A stretch of 59,455 bases of DNA from a virus (IMGVR_UViG_3300017911_002575:1-59455); one strand, 5' to 3'. Positions 26,142 to 36,690 are shown, counted from the first letter of the stretch. Notes: generated by a model not told the origin, from the sequence alone. Program-made: numbers and translations.

Positions 26142-28599
26142 TTTTGTACTGCATTTCTCCTTTAATCAAGGAGAATTTAATGCTTGAGCTTTCTGGCAAT
26201 TCTTTAGATAAAATCAGCGTGCTCAATTGATTTTCAATAAGTTTTTGCATGATTCTTTTGATTGGGCGAGCTCCCATTTTTTCTTGAATTGCTTTTGCGG
26301 CAATATATTTCATTGCTTTTGGAGTTGCAGATAATTTTATATTTTTATCTGATAATTTATCTGATAGTTTAGAAAGTTCAAGTTTTACAATTTTTACTAA
26401 GTGCTCTTCATTAAAATCATTGAATAATATTATTTCATTGAGGCGATTAAGAAACTCTGGACGAAAGAAGGTTTTGAGCTCTTGAAAGAGTTTATCTTTT
26501 GCTACTTGTTCGCTGTCACTTTGACCAAAGCCAATGTTTGGTTTTGCGGCTTTTTCGCTGCCTATATTACCAGTTAATATAATTATGCAGTTATTGAAGT
26601 ATACCTTTCTGCCAGAATTGTCTGTGACAACTCCCTCTTCCATGATTTGAAGAAGAATATTGAGCACCTCTGGATGGGCTTTTTCAACCTCATCAAACAG
26701 TATAACACTATAAGGGTTTCTTCTAACTCTTTCTGTGAGCTCTCCACCCTCTTCGTATCCTACGTAGCCAGGTGCAGCACCAATCAATCGAGTCGCAGAA
26801 ATTTTTTCGCTGTATTCACTCATATCGATTTGTATAAGAGTGTTTTTACTGCCATATATAAATTCAGCAATACATTTAGCTGTATAAGTTTTGCCTGTAC
26901 CACTTGCTCCTACAAGAAGAAAGCTGCCAACAGGTTTGTTAGGATCTTGCAAACCAGATTTAGATCTTAATATGGATTCTGATATTTCTTGCAGGGCTTG
27001 TTTTTGACCAATAATTCTTTTGTTTAAATTCTTAAATAATCCGAGCATTTTTTCGCTATCTTTCTTGCTCATGTCTTTGATGGGTACTCCAGTTCTAGAG
27101 CTTAATACTTCAAAAATATCTTGTGGCTTAACTGGAATCTTCTTTTTCATTGTTTTCTTTGCCCACTCAGATATGATCTCATCGTATTTTTCTAACAAAT
27201 CTAGTTGCTCATCTTCAATGTGCTCGTAAGAGTATCCTACAGATTGAAGCTTTGATTCTTTTAAGGCAAGCTGTTCGAGCTGATGTTCAATATCTTTTGC
27301 TTCTTGAGGTCGTTCGATATTTTTAATTTTAACTTTTGACCCAGCTTGATCCATGATATCAATTGCTTTATCGGGAAATTGTTTATCAAGAATATATTTG
27401 CCAGCAAGCTCAACAATAAGATCCAATGTTTCTGAAGGATACGATATGCTATGAAAAGATTCGTATTTATCTTTTACTCCCTCTAAAATTTGTCTTGTTT
27501 CTTTTTGATTTGGCTCGATAACTTTAACTGCTTGGAAGCGACGATCAAGAGCTCCATCTTTTAAGATAGTTTTTTTGTATTCTGCATGAGTCGTAGCGCC
27601 TATGCATTTAAGCTCTCCGCGCGCTAGAAGGGGCTTCAAGAGGTTTGCTGCATCCATGCTACCTTCAGCGCTTCCAGCGCCCACAAGCGTATGTATTTCG
27701 TCTACAAACAGTATGATATCTTTATTCTTTTTTGCTTCTTCAATGATACCCTTTAATCGTTCTTCAAATTGACCACGATATTTTGTGCCTGCAATCAAGG
27801 ACCCCAAGTCAAGAGAATAAATGACTTTGTTTAATAAAAAGTCAGAACTAGTGCCTTTGACTATGTTTTGAGCTAAACCTTCTACGATGGCAGTTTTGCC
27901 TACGCCTGGATCGCCAAGAAGTACAGGATTATTTTTGGTTCTGCGGCAGAGAATTTCTGATACATCGTATATTTCACTTTCTTTACCAATAATATTGTCA
28001 AATTTTCCTTGTTTGGCTAGAGCATTTAAGTTGGTGGCAAATTTTTCTAAATTTTGGTTCTTTGTTTCTTTAGGGGCGTTAGACTTTGTTTTATTTATGA
28101 ATTTTATTCTATCTTGTTTTGGAGGAGTCTGTTCTTTTGAAATATGCAAATATTCTCTCACTTCAGAAATTATATCATCTTCTGTTGCGTTGAATTGATC
28201 GAAAAAACTTGGTATGCTTGAGTGTTCGTATTTTAATAGAGCAAGAAGCATGTGTTCTATTCCTACATATTCATGCCCTAGCTTTTCACTGATAGAGGCT
28301 GCTACTTTTAATACAAGATGAAAATGTTCATCGTATTCTGCGTCTATATCTTCAGGTGAAAATGTTTGAGTTTCATCAAAATCAACAATGTAAAATGTTT
28401 TTTCGATCTCGTTTTTGAGAACTTCTTGATCTATTTGAAGTAGAAATAATATTTCGCTTAAAATTCCAGCGCTTAAGTCAACCATCCCGTAAAACAGGTG
28501 CTCTAAACTAATAAATTCATTTCCGAATTTTTTTGCTACTCTCTTGGCTTCGCTAATCGCTTGTTGCGCACGTGGCGTAAAGTTAGGTTTTGGAGTCAT
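26122..28599 (-). CDS. clpC: ATP-dependent Clp protease ATPase subunit, ClpC/ClpA type
   Basis: Clp N repeats (FTPRAQ..EHL), GDPGVGKT, AGTKYRGQFEERL, DALDRRFQ-like, GASGTGKT, PGYVGYEEGG, IGF loop; start 28599 or 28605. Confidence 0.92.
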   Translation of the reverse strand: MTPKPNFTPRAQQAISEAKRVAKKFGNEFISLEHLFYGMVDLSAGILSEILFLLQIDQEVLKNEIEKTFYIVDFDETQTFSPEDIDAEYDEHFHLVLKVAASISEKLGHEYVGIEHMLLALLKYEHSSIPSFFDQFNATEDDIISEVREYLHISKEQTPPKQDRIKFINKTKSNAPKETKNQNLEKFATNLNALAKQGKFDNIIGKESEIYDVSEILCRRTKNNPVLLGDPGVGKTAIVEGLAQNIVKGTSSDFLLNKVIYSLDLGSLIAGTKYRGQFEERLKGIIEEAKKNKDIILFVDEIHTLVGAGSAEGSMDAANLLKPLLARGELKCIGATTHAEYKKTILKDGALDRRFQAVKVIEPNQKETRQILEGVKDKYESFHSISYPSETLDLIVELAGKYILDKQFPDKAIDIMDQAGSKVKIKNIERPQEAKDIEHQLEQLALKESKLQSVGYSYEHIEDEQLDLLEKYDEIISEWAKKTMKKKIPVKPQDIFEVLSSRTGVPIKDMSKKDSEKMLGLFKNLNKRIIGQKQALQEISESILRSKSGLQDPNKPVGSFLLVGASGTGKTYTAKCIAEFIYGSKNTLIQIDMSEYSEKISATRLIGAAPGYVGYEEGGELTERVRRNPYSVILFDEVEKAHPEVLNILLQIMEEGVVTDNSGRKVYFNNCIIILTGNIGSEKAAKPNIGFGQSDSEQVAKDKLFQELKTFFRPEFLNRLNEIILFNDFNEEHLVKIVKLELSKLSDKLSDKNIKLSATPKAMKYIAAKAIQEKMGARPIKRIMQKLIENQLSTLILSKELPESSSIKFSLIKGEMQYKITEEEA

Positions 28600-28619
28600 C
28601 TTCATCAGTTTACACCTTA

Positions 28620-31181
28620 TTATTTGACGTCAGACATTTTCATGTATATCTTTTCATCCATTATATTCAAAGAATCCAAAAAAACAATATCTTCACCTTT
28701 TCTGCCATATACTACTATTATATTCTTTTTTGAGGGAGTTTTCTTGTTTGCTTCGAAATATCTGTCATAATAGTTACCTCTTCTAGAATTTAGAAGCATA
28801 GCGTCATATCTTCCATACTCGTCTGCAATAGATAATTTCATATATTTATTGCCGTTTCTAGAAGTTCTCTTAATACAATCTTCAACGACTCCGATAAATT
28901 TTCCTTTATCATCTGCTTGCATTAGACCAAGATCTCTAGAGTCACATAAAGACGTGTGAGAGTCTACAAAACAATCCTTTAAGTTGCAGCTATGACTATA
29001 GCCTAGCAATTCAGTTTCAAAATACCAATTAGCGAAGCTTTCATATTCTTTGTTTTTATCATAAATTGATTTATAAACATCATATTTTTTCTTGAATGTT
29101 TTAAAGCGAGACTCTTTCATAAGAGGTTTTCCATCGTCTCCAACCAAATCACCTTTCTTTGCGTCTGCAATACAATTCAAAAGTTTGTATTCGTATTTAT
29201 CTCCAAGAAGTATAAAGTTACGTTTTTCGCGATCAGTAAGAAGGTTAAAGGCTTGAGCTTCAAGCGCCATAAGTGACCTATTCTCCCCTTTACTTTGTAA
29301 GGCGCCAGCTTGAATTAATGCACTTAGAACACCTATGTTTAGGCCAGCCTGCTTTGCTGCAAGAAAAATATCATATTTTGTTGGAGTTTCGCTCGATCGA
29401 AAGTCACTCAGTGATTGCAGAGATTTTTCACTTACTCCTTTGATGCTGTTTAAACCAAACCTTATATCTTTACCCTCAATCGCAAAGTCCATGCTAGATT
29501 TTGCTAAATCAGGAGAGAGTAATTTAATATTGAATTTAGATAATTCTTTGCTGATTTTAGAAATTTCTTCTTGTGGGGCTGGTTCGTATTTAGTCATCTT
29601 TAACAAACTCAAGAAAAATTGCTGAGGATGATTAAATTTGAGATAAGTAGTCCATGCAGAAAGAACAGAATAGCTAAGAGAGTGTGATTTATTGAATGAA
29701 TAGTTTGCACTATCTTCTGCAACGCTCCAAAGTATAGTTCCAATGTCAGGAGATAGTCCATTTTCTTGGATCTTTTCGTCGATTTTAGCTTTCCAAGCAG
29801 GCATTTGGTCTACTTTTTTCTTGCCAACAATCCTGCGAAGTTGTTCCGCTTCGTCAAGCGTGAATCCTACCTTTACTGCCATTTGCATTAATTGTTCTTG
29901 GTACAATGGAATTCCACCTGTATAATCTAAAACGTCTGAAAAGAATTCATGGATCACTTGAGCTTCTCTAGTTTCGACATAAGTTGCATAACTGTCCAAA
30001 AATTCTAATGCGCCTGGCCTTCCAATTGCCACTACAGCACTAAGCTCTTCAAGGCTTTCAGGCTTGACTTTCTTGCAAACTCTATAGTTTGTATCAGATT
30101 CTAATTGAAACAAACCGTGAGGCGCTTTTAGAGTCTGTAATGGTTTGAAAACATCTGGGTTATGAAGATCTATTTCGTTACAGTCAATCCCAAGATCTTT
30201 ACAGACATCATAAATAACACTCAATGTTCTTAATCCTAAGATGTCAAACTTAACCATAAGTTCAGAAACCCAATTCATGTCGTATCCTGTCACCAAGGCT
30301 CCGTCATTTGATTTTTGAATTGGGCAAATATCTGTCATTGTGTCAAATGAGATGGCTATGCCACTAGGGTGAACTCCTGTGTTTTTATTGAGACCTTCAA
30401 GCTTTAAAGCGATATTAAAAACTTCTGCGTTTTGCGCGGCCCAATCAGTAAATTTTTCGCTCTCCTCAATAGCATTTCGTAAGGGCATAACTACTCCGAA
30501 GCGTTTGGGTATTGTGTCACTAACTTCATTTACTTGTTGTTCTGTAAATTCCCCCACAATCTTTCCGCATTCTTTTACGCACAGTTTGCCACTTAAAGTA
30601 TTGAGTGTCAATATTTTAGCTGTTCTAGCAGGATGCTTGCGCTCGATGTAGTCAATTACTTCTGCACGTCTTTCATATGCAATATCATTATCTACGTCTG
30701 CAAGTAAGCTACCATCAAGATAAGTGATTCCATCTTTTTCTATTTTGCGGGCCCTGCTTTTAGACACAAATCTTTCAAAGAAAAGATTGTATTCTACTGG
30801 ATCGACGTTTGTAACTCCAATCAAATACAAAACCAACGAACCTGCTGCACTCCCTCTTCCTGGGCCTGTTGGAATATCATTCTCATGACAAAAATTAAGA
30901 ATATCCCAATTCAATAGAATATAATCTACAAAACCTAAGTCTTGCAAAATATCCAATTCTGATTTTGCTCGATCAAAATATTCTTTCTTGTTTTTAAACT
31001 TATCTATTCCCCGGTCATATACTCCCTTGTGGCAAAGTTTGCGCAAAAATTCAAAGTTGCTTACGTCTGGTGAGCAATCAAGCATTTTATAGTATTTGTC
31101 TTCTATTGTAATATTTGGAAGGCGTACTCCTGCGGGAACGCAGTTATCGTAAGATGTAAAATTGTCTGTAAAGTTGCTCAT
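28620..31181 (-). CDS. dnaE: DNA polymerase III alpha catalytic part (lacks PHP domain)
   Basis: GPGRGSAAGSLV, DVDND, GVHPSG, KFDILGL, YQEQ.MQ, YSFNKSHS, FGLNSIKGV. Confidence 0.92.
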   Translation of the reverse strand: MSNFTDNFTSYDNCVPAGVRLPNITIEDKYYKMLDCSPDVSNFEFLRKLCHKGVYDRGIDKFKNKKEYFDRAKSELDILQDLGFVDYILLNWDILNFCHENDIPTGPGRGSAAGSLVLYLIGVTNVDPVEYNLFFERFVSKSRARKIEKDGITYLDGSLLADVDNDIAYERRAEVIDYIERKHPARTAKILTLNTLSGKLCVKECGKIVGEFTEQQVNEVSDTIPKRFGVVMPLRNAIEESEKFTDWAAQNAEVFNIALKLEGLNKNTGVHPSGIAISFDTMTDICPIQKSNDGALVTGYDMNWVSELMVKFDILGLRTLSVIYDVCKDLGIDCNEIDLHNPDVFKPLQTLKAPHGLFQLESDTNYRVCKKVKPESLEELSAVVAIGRPGALEFLDSYATYVETREAQVIHEFFSDVLDYTGGIPLYQEQLMQMAVKVGFTLDEAEQLRRIVGKKKVDQMPAWKAKIDEKIQENGLSPDIGTILWSVAEDSANYSFNKSHSLSYSVLSAWTTYLKFNHPQQFFLSLLKMTKYEPAPQEEISKISKELSKFNIKLLSPDLAKSSMDFAIEGKDIRFGLNSIKGVSEKSLQSLSDFRSSETPTKYDIFLAAKQAGLNIGVLSALIQAGALQSKGENRSLMALEAQAFNLLTDREKRNFILLGDKYEYKLLNCIADAKKGDLVGDDGKPLMKESRFKTFKKKYDVYKSIYDKNKEYESFANWYFETELLGYSHSCNLKDCFVDSHTSLCDSRDLGLMQADDKGKFIGVVEDCIKRTSRNGNKYMKLSIADEYGRYDAMLLNSRRGNYYDRYFEANKKTPSKKNIIVVYGRKGEDIVFLDSLNIMDEKIYMKMSDVK

Positions 31182-31822
31182 ATTTCTATTTCCCATATCA
31201 TTTTTTTAAATACTTCAAAATTGACATTAATGTCATACAATGCATCATGCAGTTTTTTCTCATCAAACTCAACATCAAAATCTTTACAACATTGTTTTAG
31301 GTTGCAACTAAGTCCTCTCTCAATGAGGTGGTTAAGTCTGTACTGCCATGCAAGGAAATCATCATCTTTATCTAATTTAATTCGCTTCTTGAGAGCCTTT
31401 GCTAGGCACAGTGTATCTACAAGATTTTCTGTATAGCTAAAATCAGATTCGGCTTTCGGGTCAACCAATTTGCGATGCAGATTATGCATGTAAACGTCAA
31501 AGCCAAGTAGGTTGTGTCCGACCTTGAGGTAACTGTCATCATAAAGATATTTCTCGAAGTGATCGAGTGCAGCTTTGGCGCATGTTGCTTTTTTCTTGTA
31601 TTTGGCTTCAGTGAAACCAGTAATTTTCGCGGCATCAGGTGATACATTCAGTTCGTCCCACTTGAGCCAATAATCTTTTGATTCTACGACCTTGTTGTTT
31701 TCTATAACAAGAAATGCTAATTGCCAGGGTTTATTGTTTTCAATTAAATTAAGATTACATGTTTCGTAATCAAATAATAAGTATTTTTTGTTTTTTTGAA
31801 ATCTAAGTAGTGATTCTTTCAT
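31178..31822 (-). CDS. DEDDh 3'-5' exonuclease (DnaQ/epsilon-like)
   Basis: FDYET, GHNLLGFD, HDALYD. Confidence 0.88.
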   Translation of the reverse strand: MKESLLRFQKNKKYLLFDYETCNLNLIENNKPWQLAFLVIENNKVVESKDYWLKWDELNVSPDAAKITGFTEAKYKKKATCAKAALDHFEKYLYDDSYLKVGHNLLGFDVYMHNLHRKLVDPKAESDFSYTENLVDTLCLAKALKKRIKLDKDDDFLAWQYRLNHLIERGLSCNLKQCCKDFDVEFDEKKLHDALYDINVNFEVFKKMIWEIEI

Positions 31823-32325
31823 TAAATATCGTTTCTTTGTGTGTTGCCGTAATTAATAAATAACTCTTCATCTTTAAAGACTTTTCTGTTTGTTTTAAAC
31901 CGAAAGCAAAAATCTTTATAATCTATCCTGTAATCTATATTATAATTTTCTGAGTGGTTGTATATCATACCATATCCTAGTACAGTAGCTGTGGAAAAAA
32001 TCTTGTTTAGGTCTTTATATCCAAGAGATTTAAGTTCTTGAATGAATGTATTTACAATTTCTTCATCGTCTACACGAAGCAAAAACTTGCTCCTAAAGTC
32101 TAGTTCTTGGTTTTTTTCTGATGTTATATCTTTATCATAAAACATAGAAAAAACGTATCGTTTAAGTTCTGCGTCTTGAATGTCAATTGGGCAGCCAGAT
32201 ATAATAAAATGGCACTCTTCAACAATTGTCCCTTTTTCTATATCTCGATCTGCAAATACCCCTCGACCCATGTCTTGAGTATTTCTGACAGAAATATAGT
32301 GCGGTTGAATAAGATTATCTTTCAT
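31822..32325 (-). CDS. SET-domain protein (putative lysine methyltransferase)
   Basis: GRGVFADRDIEKG, YNHS, EELFINYG. Confidence 0.85.
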   Translation of the reverse strand: MKDNLIQPHYISVRNTQDMGRGVFADRDIEKGTIVEECHFIISGCPIDIQDAELKRYVFSMFYDKDITSEKNQELDFRSKFLLRVDDEEIVNTFIQELKSLGYKDLNKIFSTATVLGYGMIYNHSENYNIDYRIDYKDFCFRFKTNRKVFKDEELFINYGNTQRNDI

Positions 32326-33079
32326 TATTTTCCTTCCAACTTTCGAAGCAAAATTCATTGCTACCGAAGTGATCTAAGTTTGGTTTACTTAATGTTTTGT
32401 TGCCGAATGTTCTGCCGGTAATACATTTGTATGTTTGTAGAGCAGTTACATCAGATTTATTTTTATAATAAATACTTTTTACTGATTCTGTTTCGCTTTT
32501 ATATTTTGTTGCATAATTTTTTACTTTTTGTTGTATAAATTGATCAAAAGGTAAAGAGTTGTTTTCAATAAAGAATACAGGTTTGCAGAAATTAAAGCTG
32601 GGTGTGCAGTTTGAGAACTTCATTAAATTATTGTATATAAAGCTATCATAAAAAGGAATTGCCAATAATAAGTTCTCTTTGTTCCAGTGTTTCTTCAGTA
32701 TCTTTTCATCAACACAGTTGTAATTTTTAGTGAAAGCCTCGCTGTATATACTATTTAAAAGTTTACAGCCTTCAGAGTTTTTTGAAAAGATAATTATCTT
32801 ATGCGAAGAGCTGACAGATTCGCTTTTTGGATCAATACTTGCATCCTCTCTCATATCTATGCGTAATCCAAAAATTAGTTTTAAATTTAAATTATCGGCA
32901 TTTTTTTTGGCCTGCAGAAACCCGGTGAGAGAATCTTCTACCAAAATAACTTCTTTGAGATTATTTTCTACAGCAATACTAAAAACACTATCTGATCCAC
33001 CCTCTTTATGTGTAATTGGATCATCCAGAGTTAATATACTTTTGCCGATTGAATAGTGGCTTTTAAATAAAGGTAACAT
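32315..33079 (-). CDS. stand-alone PHP domain of DNA polymerase III alpha
   Basis: KSHYSIGKSIL, LKLIFGLR, IIIFSKNSEGCKLL resemble the DnaE N-terminus; TTGACA-N17-TAAAAT-7-ATG. Confidence 0.8.
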   Translation of the reverse strand: MLPLFKSHYSIGKSILTLDDPITHKEGGSDSVFSIAVENNLKEVILVEDSLTGFLQAKKNADNLNLKLIFGLRIDMREDASIDPKSESVSSSHKIIIFSKNSEGCKLLNSIYSEAFTKNYNCVDEKILKKHWNKENLLLAIPFYDSFIYNNLMKFSNCTPSFNFCKPVFFIENNSLPFDQFIQQKVKNYATKYKSETESVKSIYYKNKSDVTALQTYKCITGRTFGNKTLSKPNLDHFGSNEFCFESWKENNER

Positions 33080-33190
33080 GCCAACTATTTTATCAAAAGT
33101 CAATGCGCTTGTCAAGAGCTAAAAAAGTTATCAACACCCTGTGATTTCAATTGACACAACCCCAACTAAATGTTATTATTTAAACACGAT

Positions 33191-35623
33191 ATGGATATAA
33201 AAGTAAAAAAACGAAATGGTCGTCTTCAAGACTTTCTAGTCGAAAAGATTAATGCTAATGTAGAACGCGCATGTGAAGGAATTTCAGATGTATCTGTGAG
33301 TGAAATTGTGCTAGATGCGCAACTTCAATTATATGATAAGATCACAACTCGAGAAATTGACACTGCCCTGATACTGAGCGCGAGAGAAAAAATAGAGAAA
33401 GAGCCCAGCTATAGTTATGCTGCAGCTAGACTATTATTAAATACTGTATACAAAGAAGTATTTAAAGAAGGTGTTGATAGCGACGCATTTAAGTTGCAAT
33501 ACCGCAAAAGTTTTATTCAGGGTATCAAAAAACTTGTGAAAAGTGGAAAGCTTAATAAGCGTATGCTTGATTATGATTTGAGTCAGTTATCTGAAGCGAT
33601 CAGTATTCGTCGAGACAATAGCTTCAAATATCTTGGCATTCAAATTCTCACTGACAGATATTTTATCCGAGAAGACGGTAAAATCATGGAGGCACCGCAA
33701 AGCTTTTGGATGCGCGTCGCTATGGGCCTTGCTCTCAATGAAGAAAACAAAGAAGAGTGGGCAATTAAATACTATGATATGTTTAGTCAATTTTTATACA
33801 CTTCTTCTACTCCTACCTTATTTAATAGTGGTACCGCACGTTCTCAATTGAGCAGTTGTTATCTGAATACATTTGATGATAGTATCGATGGAATTTTTGA
33901 TGGCGCATGGCAGGAAGCAAGAAAAAGTAAATATGCTGGCGGACTTGGTCTTGATGTTACTCCATTTCGTTCCACTGGTTCACACATCGAAGGTACAAAT
34001 GGTATCTCTAGCGGACTGGTTCCATGGTTAAAGATTTACAATGACCTTTTAGTTGCGGTAAATCAAGGAGGTAAGCGTCCAGGTGCAGGCTGTGCATATC
34101 TTGAACCTTGGCACCTCGATTTCGAAGACTTCCTTAATCTTCGTAGGAATACAGGCGATGATCGCTTGCGTTGTCACGACATGAATACTGCATCATGGGT
34201 TCCAGATGAGTTTATGCGTCGTGTCAAAAACGAAGACTCTTGGTATTATTTTGACCCAAAGGACACAGCCCTCGAAGATGGTACAACTCTTCACGATCTT
34301 TTTGGTAAAGATTTTGATCGCCGATACAACGAATTGTGCGATATGGCAGAAGCAGGAGAGATCAAAAATTATCGAGTAGTTGCCGCAAAAGATTTATGGA
34401 AAAAAATGCTTAAAGTGTTGTTTGAAACTTCGCATCCATGGAACACTTTTAAAGATCCATGTAATATTCGTTATACGAATCAACATGAAGGAGTTGTTCA
34501 TAGCAGCAATCTTTGTACCGAAATCACACTTCATACAAAAGCATCAAAATACGATAAGGGTTATAAGACTGAAATTGGTGAAACTGCTGTATGCAATCTT
34601 GGTTCAGTGAATTTACTTAATCATTTGAAAGATGATAATACTTTAGATTATGATAAATTAGAAACTACAATTCATACCGCAATTCGTGCGTTGGATAGTG
34701 TTGTTGATCTTAATTTTTATCCCACGAAAGAAGCGGAGAATAGTAATTTGAAGCATCGTCCTATTGGATTAGGTATGATGGCTTTGCATGATGTGTGTCA
34801 TCGAATGAATATTAATATTGATAGTGATGAAGCTGTTGAATTTAATGATAAGTTATTTGAATTTTACTCTTATCATGCGATTCTTGCAAGTTCAAAACTA
34901 GCAAAAGAAAAGGGTAAGTACGGTACGTTTGATGGTTCGTTATGGAGTCAAAACAAGTTGCCAATTGATTCATATAATGATCTAATGAAGTATAAAGGTA
35001 AGCGACCAAAGATTGACACAACTTTAAATTGGGGCATTGTGCGCGAACACATCCATAATCATGGCATGCGTAATAGCAATGTTATGGCAATTGCTCCAAC
35101 TGCTACAATTGGTTACATCAATGGTATCGAGCAGAGCATTGAGCCGAACTTTTCTGTATTATTTGTATATGAAAATAAAAGTGGTAATTTCTTTATTACT
35201 AATGAACATTTTATTGATGATATGAAAAAAGCAGGTTTATGGAATATAGAAATGGCTAAAGCCGTGAAGAGCGTTGATGGAGATTTGTCTGTTCTTGGCG
35301 ACGAAATTCCAAGCGAATTAAAAGCTAAATATAAAACGGCATTTGATCGAGATATGTTTAAATTAATTGAGTGTAATGCAGTTCGTCAGAAATGGATTGA
35401 TCAAGCGGTAAGTTTTAATCTATACAACAAGTCTACTTCATTAAAGTATTTAAATGATGTATACATGGCATGTTGGGAGGCTGGATTAAAAACAACATAT
35501 TACTTGCGCAACCGAGCTGCATCAAAAGTAGAAAAAGCAAACACTGAAACAAAAAGTGCTGAAGCTCAAGCTTGTAGTATCGAAGCAATGAAAAACGGTG
35601 AAACTTGCGAAAGCTGTCAATAA
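33191..35623 (+). CDS. nrdA: class I ribonucleotide reductase alpha subunit (ATP cone)
   Basis: VKKRNG ATP cone, TPTLFN, SSCY, SNLCTEI, APTATI, TTYYLR, C-terminal CESCQ. Confidence 0.95.
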   Translation: MDIKVKKRNGRLQDFLVEKINANVERACEGISDVSVSEIVLDAQLQLYDKITTREIDTALILSAREKIEKEPSYSYAAARLLLNTVYKEVFKEGVDSDAFKLQYRKSFIQGIKKLVKSGKLNKRMLDYDLSQLSEAISIRRDNSFKYLGIQILTDRYFIREDGKIMEAPQSFWMRVAMGLALNEENKEEWAIKYYDMFSQFLYTSSTPTLFNSGTARSQLSSCYLNTFDDSIDGIFDGAWQEARKSKYAGGLGLDVTPFRSTGSHIEGTNGISSGLVPWLKIYNDLLVAVNQGGKRPGAGCAYLEPWHLDFEDFLNLRRNTGDDRLRCHDMNTASWVPDEFMRRVKNEDSWYYFDPKDTALEDGTTLHDLFGKDFDRRYNELCDMAEAGEIKNYRVVAAKDLWKKMLKVLFETSHPWNTFKDPCNIRYTNQHEGVVHSSNLCTEITLHTKASKYDKGYKTEIGETAVCNLGSVNLLNHLKDDNTLDYDKLETTIHTAIRALDSVVDLNFYPTKEAENSNLKHRPIGLGMMALHDVCHRMNINIDSDEAVEFNDKLFEFYSYHAILASSKLAKEKGKYGTFDGSLWSQNKLPIDSYNDLMKYKGKRPKIDTTLNWGIVREHIHNHGMRNSNVMAIAPTATIGYINGIEQSIEPNFSVLFVYENKSGNFFITNEHFIDDMKKAGLWNIEMAKAVKSVDGDLSVLGDEIPSELKAKYKTAFDRDMFKLIECNAVRQKWIDQAVSFNLYNKSTSLKYLNDVYMACWEAGLKTTYYLRNRAASKVEKANTETKSAEAQACSIEAMKNGETCESCQ

Positions 35624-35676
35624 TACTGATCTTATTTTTTATTGACAACGTTATACATATTTGATATACTCTAATT

Positions 35677-36690
35677 ATGAATGATAAAACAGGAGAACTA
35701 CTTACCGAGAACATAGCAGGTGTTAATAGGATTTTACCTCATAAGCATAAATATGCGTGGGATTTATTTTTAAAGAGCTGTGCAAATAACTGGATGCCTA
35801 CTGAAATTAGTATGCAAAATGATATTAAACAATGGAAAAATGATGAAATTACAGAAGATGAGAAACTCCTCGTCAAACGATGTTTGGGATTCTTTGCTGG
35901 AAGCGAGTCTTTGGTTGGTAATAACCTGCTGCTTTCTGCTTTTCGATTTATTACGGATGCTGAGTGCCGTCAATACATTCTTCGGCAAGCTTTTGAAGAA
36001 AGCCTACACAATCTTACGGTAGTTTATGTATGTGATAGCTTAGACTTGAATATTGAAGAAGTATTTGCTGCATATGAAACTATTCCAAGCATCAAAGCAA
36101 AAGATGATTTCTTGATGGAAATCACAAACGATATTAGTCGTCAAGATTTTTCAACTAAAACGATAGAAGGCAAGCAAGAGCTTCTTAGAAACTTTTTAAC
36201 ATACTGGATAGTATGTGAAGGTACATTTTTCTTTAGTGGATTTGCTATGCTTCTTGCTCTTGGCAGACAGAATAAACTTCAAGGTATTTCTGATCAAATT
36301 AAGTATACCCTTCGGGACGAAAGTTCACATATTGCATTTGGAACATATCTGATTAATACTCTCATCGAACAAAACCCTGAAATTTGGACGAAAGAAATTC
36401 AAGACGAATTTGTTAGCCACATGAAAAAGGCAGTGGAGCTCGAGATTGCATATGCACACGATGTGCTTCCAACTGGTATTCTTGGATTGAATGCTGACAT
36501 GTTTGTTGATTATATGCATTATATCGGAAATCGTAGGCTTGAAGGAATTGGGCTTGATTATCGTTTTCCAAGCGATAAAAATCCCTTCCCTTGGCTTAGT
36601 GAAGTTGTAGACGTTCAAGCTATGGGCAACTTCTTCGAGCGGCGAGTTCGTGAGTATCAACAAAGCGGTGCTCTTGAAGATGATTTTTAA
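35677..36690 (+). CDS. nrdB: class I ribonucleotide reductase beta subunit, class Ic (R2c)-like
   Basis: FFAGSESLVGNN, QAFEESLH, EGTFFFSGF, RDESSH, NFFERRVREY; TTGACA-N17-TATACT-6-ATG. Confidence 0.93.
   Translation: MNDKTGELLTENIAGVNRILPHKHKYAWDLFLKSCANNWMPTEISMQNDIKQWKNDEITEDEKLLVKRCLGFFAGSESLVGNNLLLSAFRFITDAECRQYILRQAFEESLHNLTVVYVCDSLDLNIEEVFAAYETIPSIKAKDDFLMEITNDISRQDFSTKTIEGKQELLRNFLTYWIVCEGTFFFSGFAMLLALGRQNKLQGISDQIKYTLRDESSHIAFGTYLINTLIEQNPEIWTKEIQDEFVSHMKKAVELEIAYAHDVLPTGILGLNADMFVDYMHYIGNRRLEGIGLDYRFPSDKNPFPWLSEVVDVQAMGNFFERRVREYQQSGALEDDF

Noticed and set aside
33150-33190. NrdR boxes upstream of nrdA
   Set aside because: No convincing tandem match to the consensus; only a sigma70-like promoter is evident
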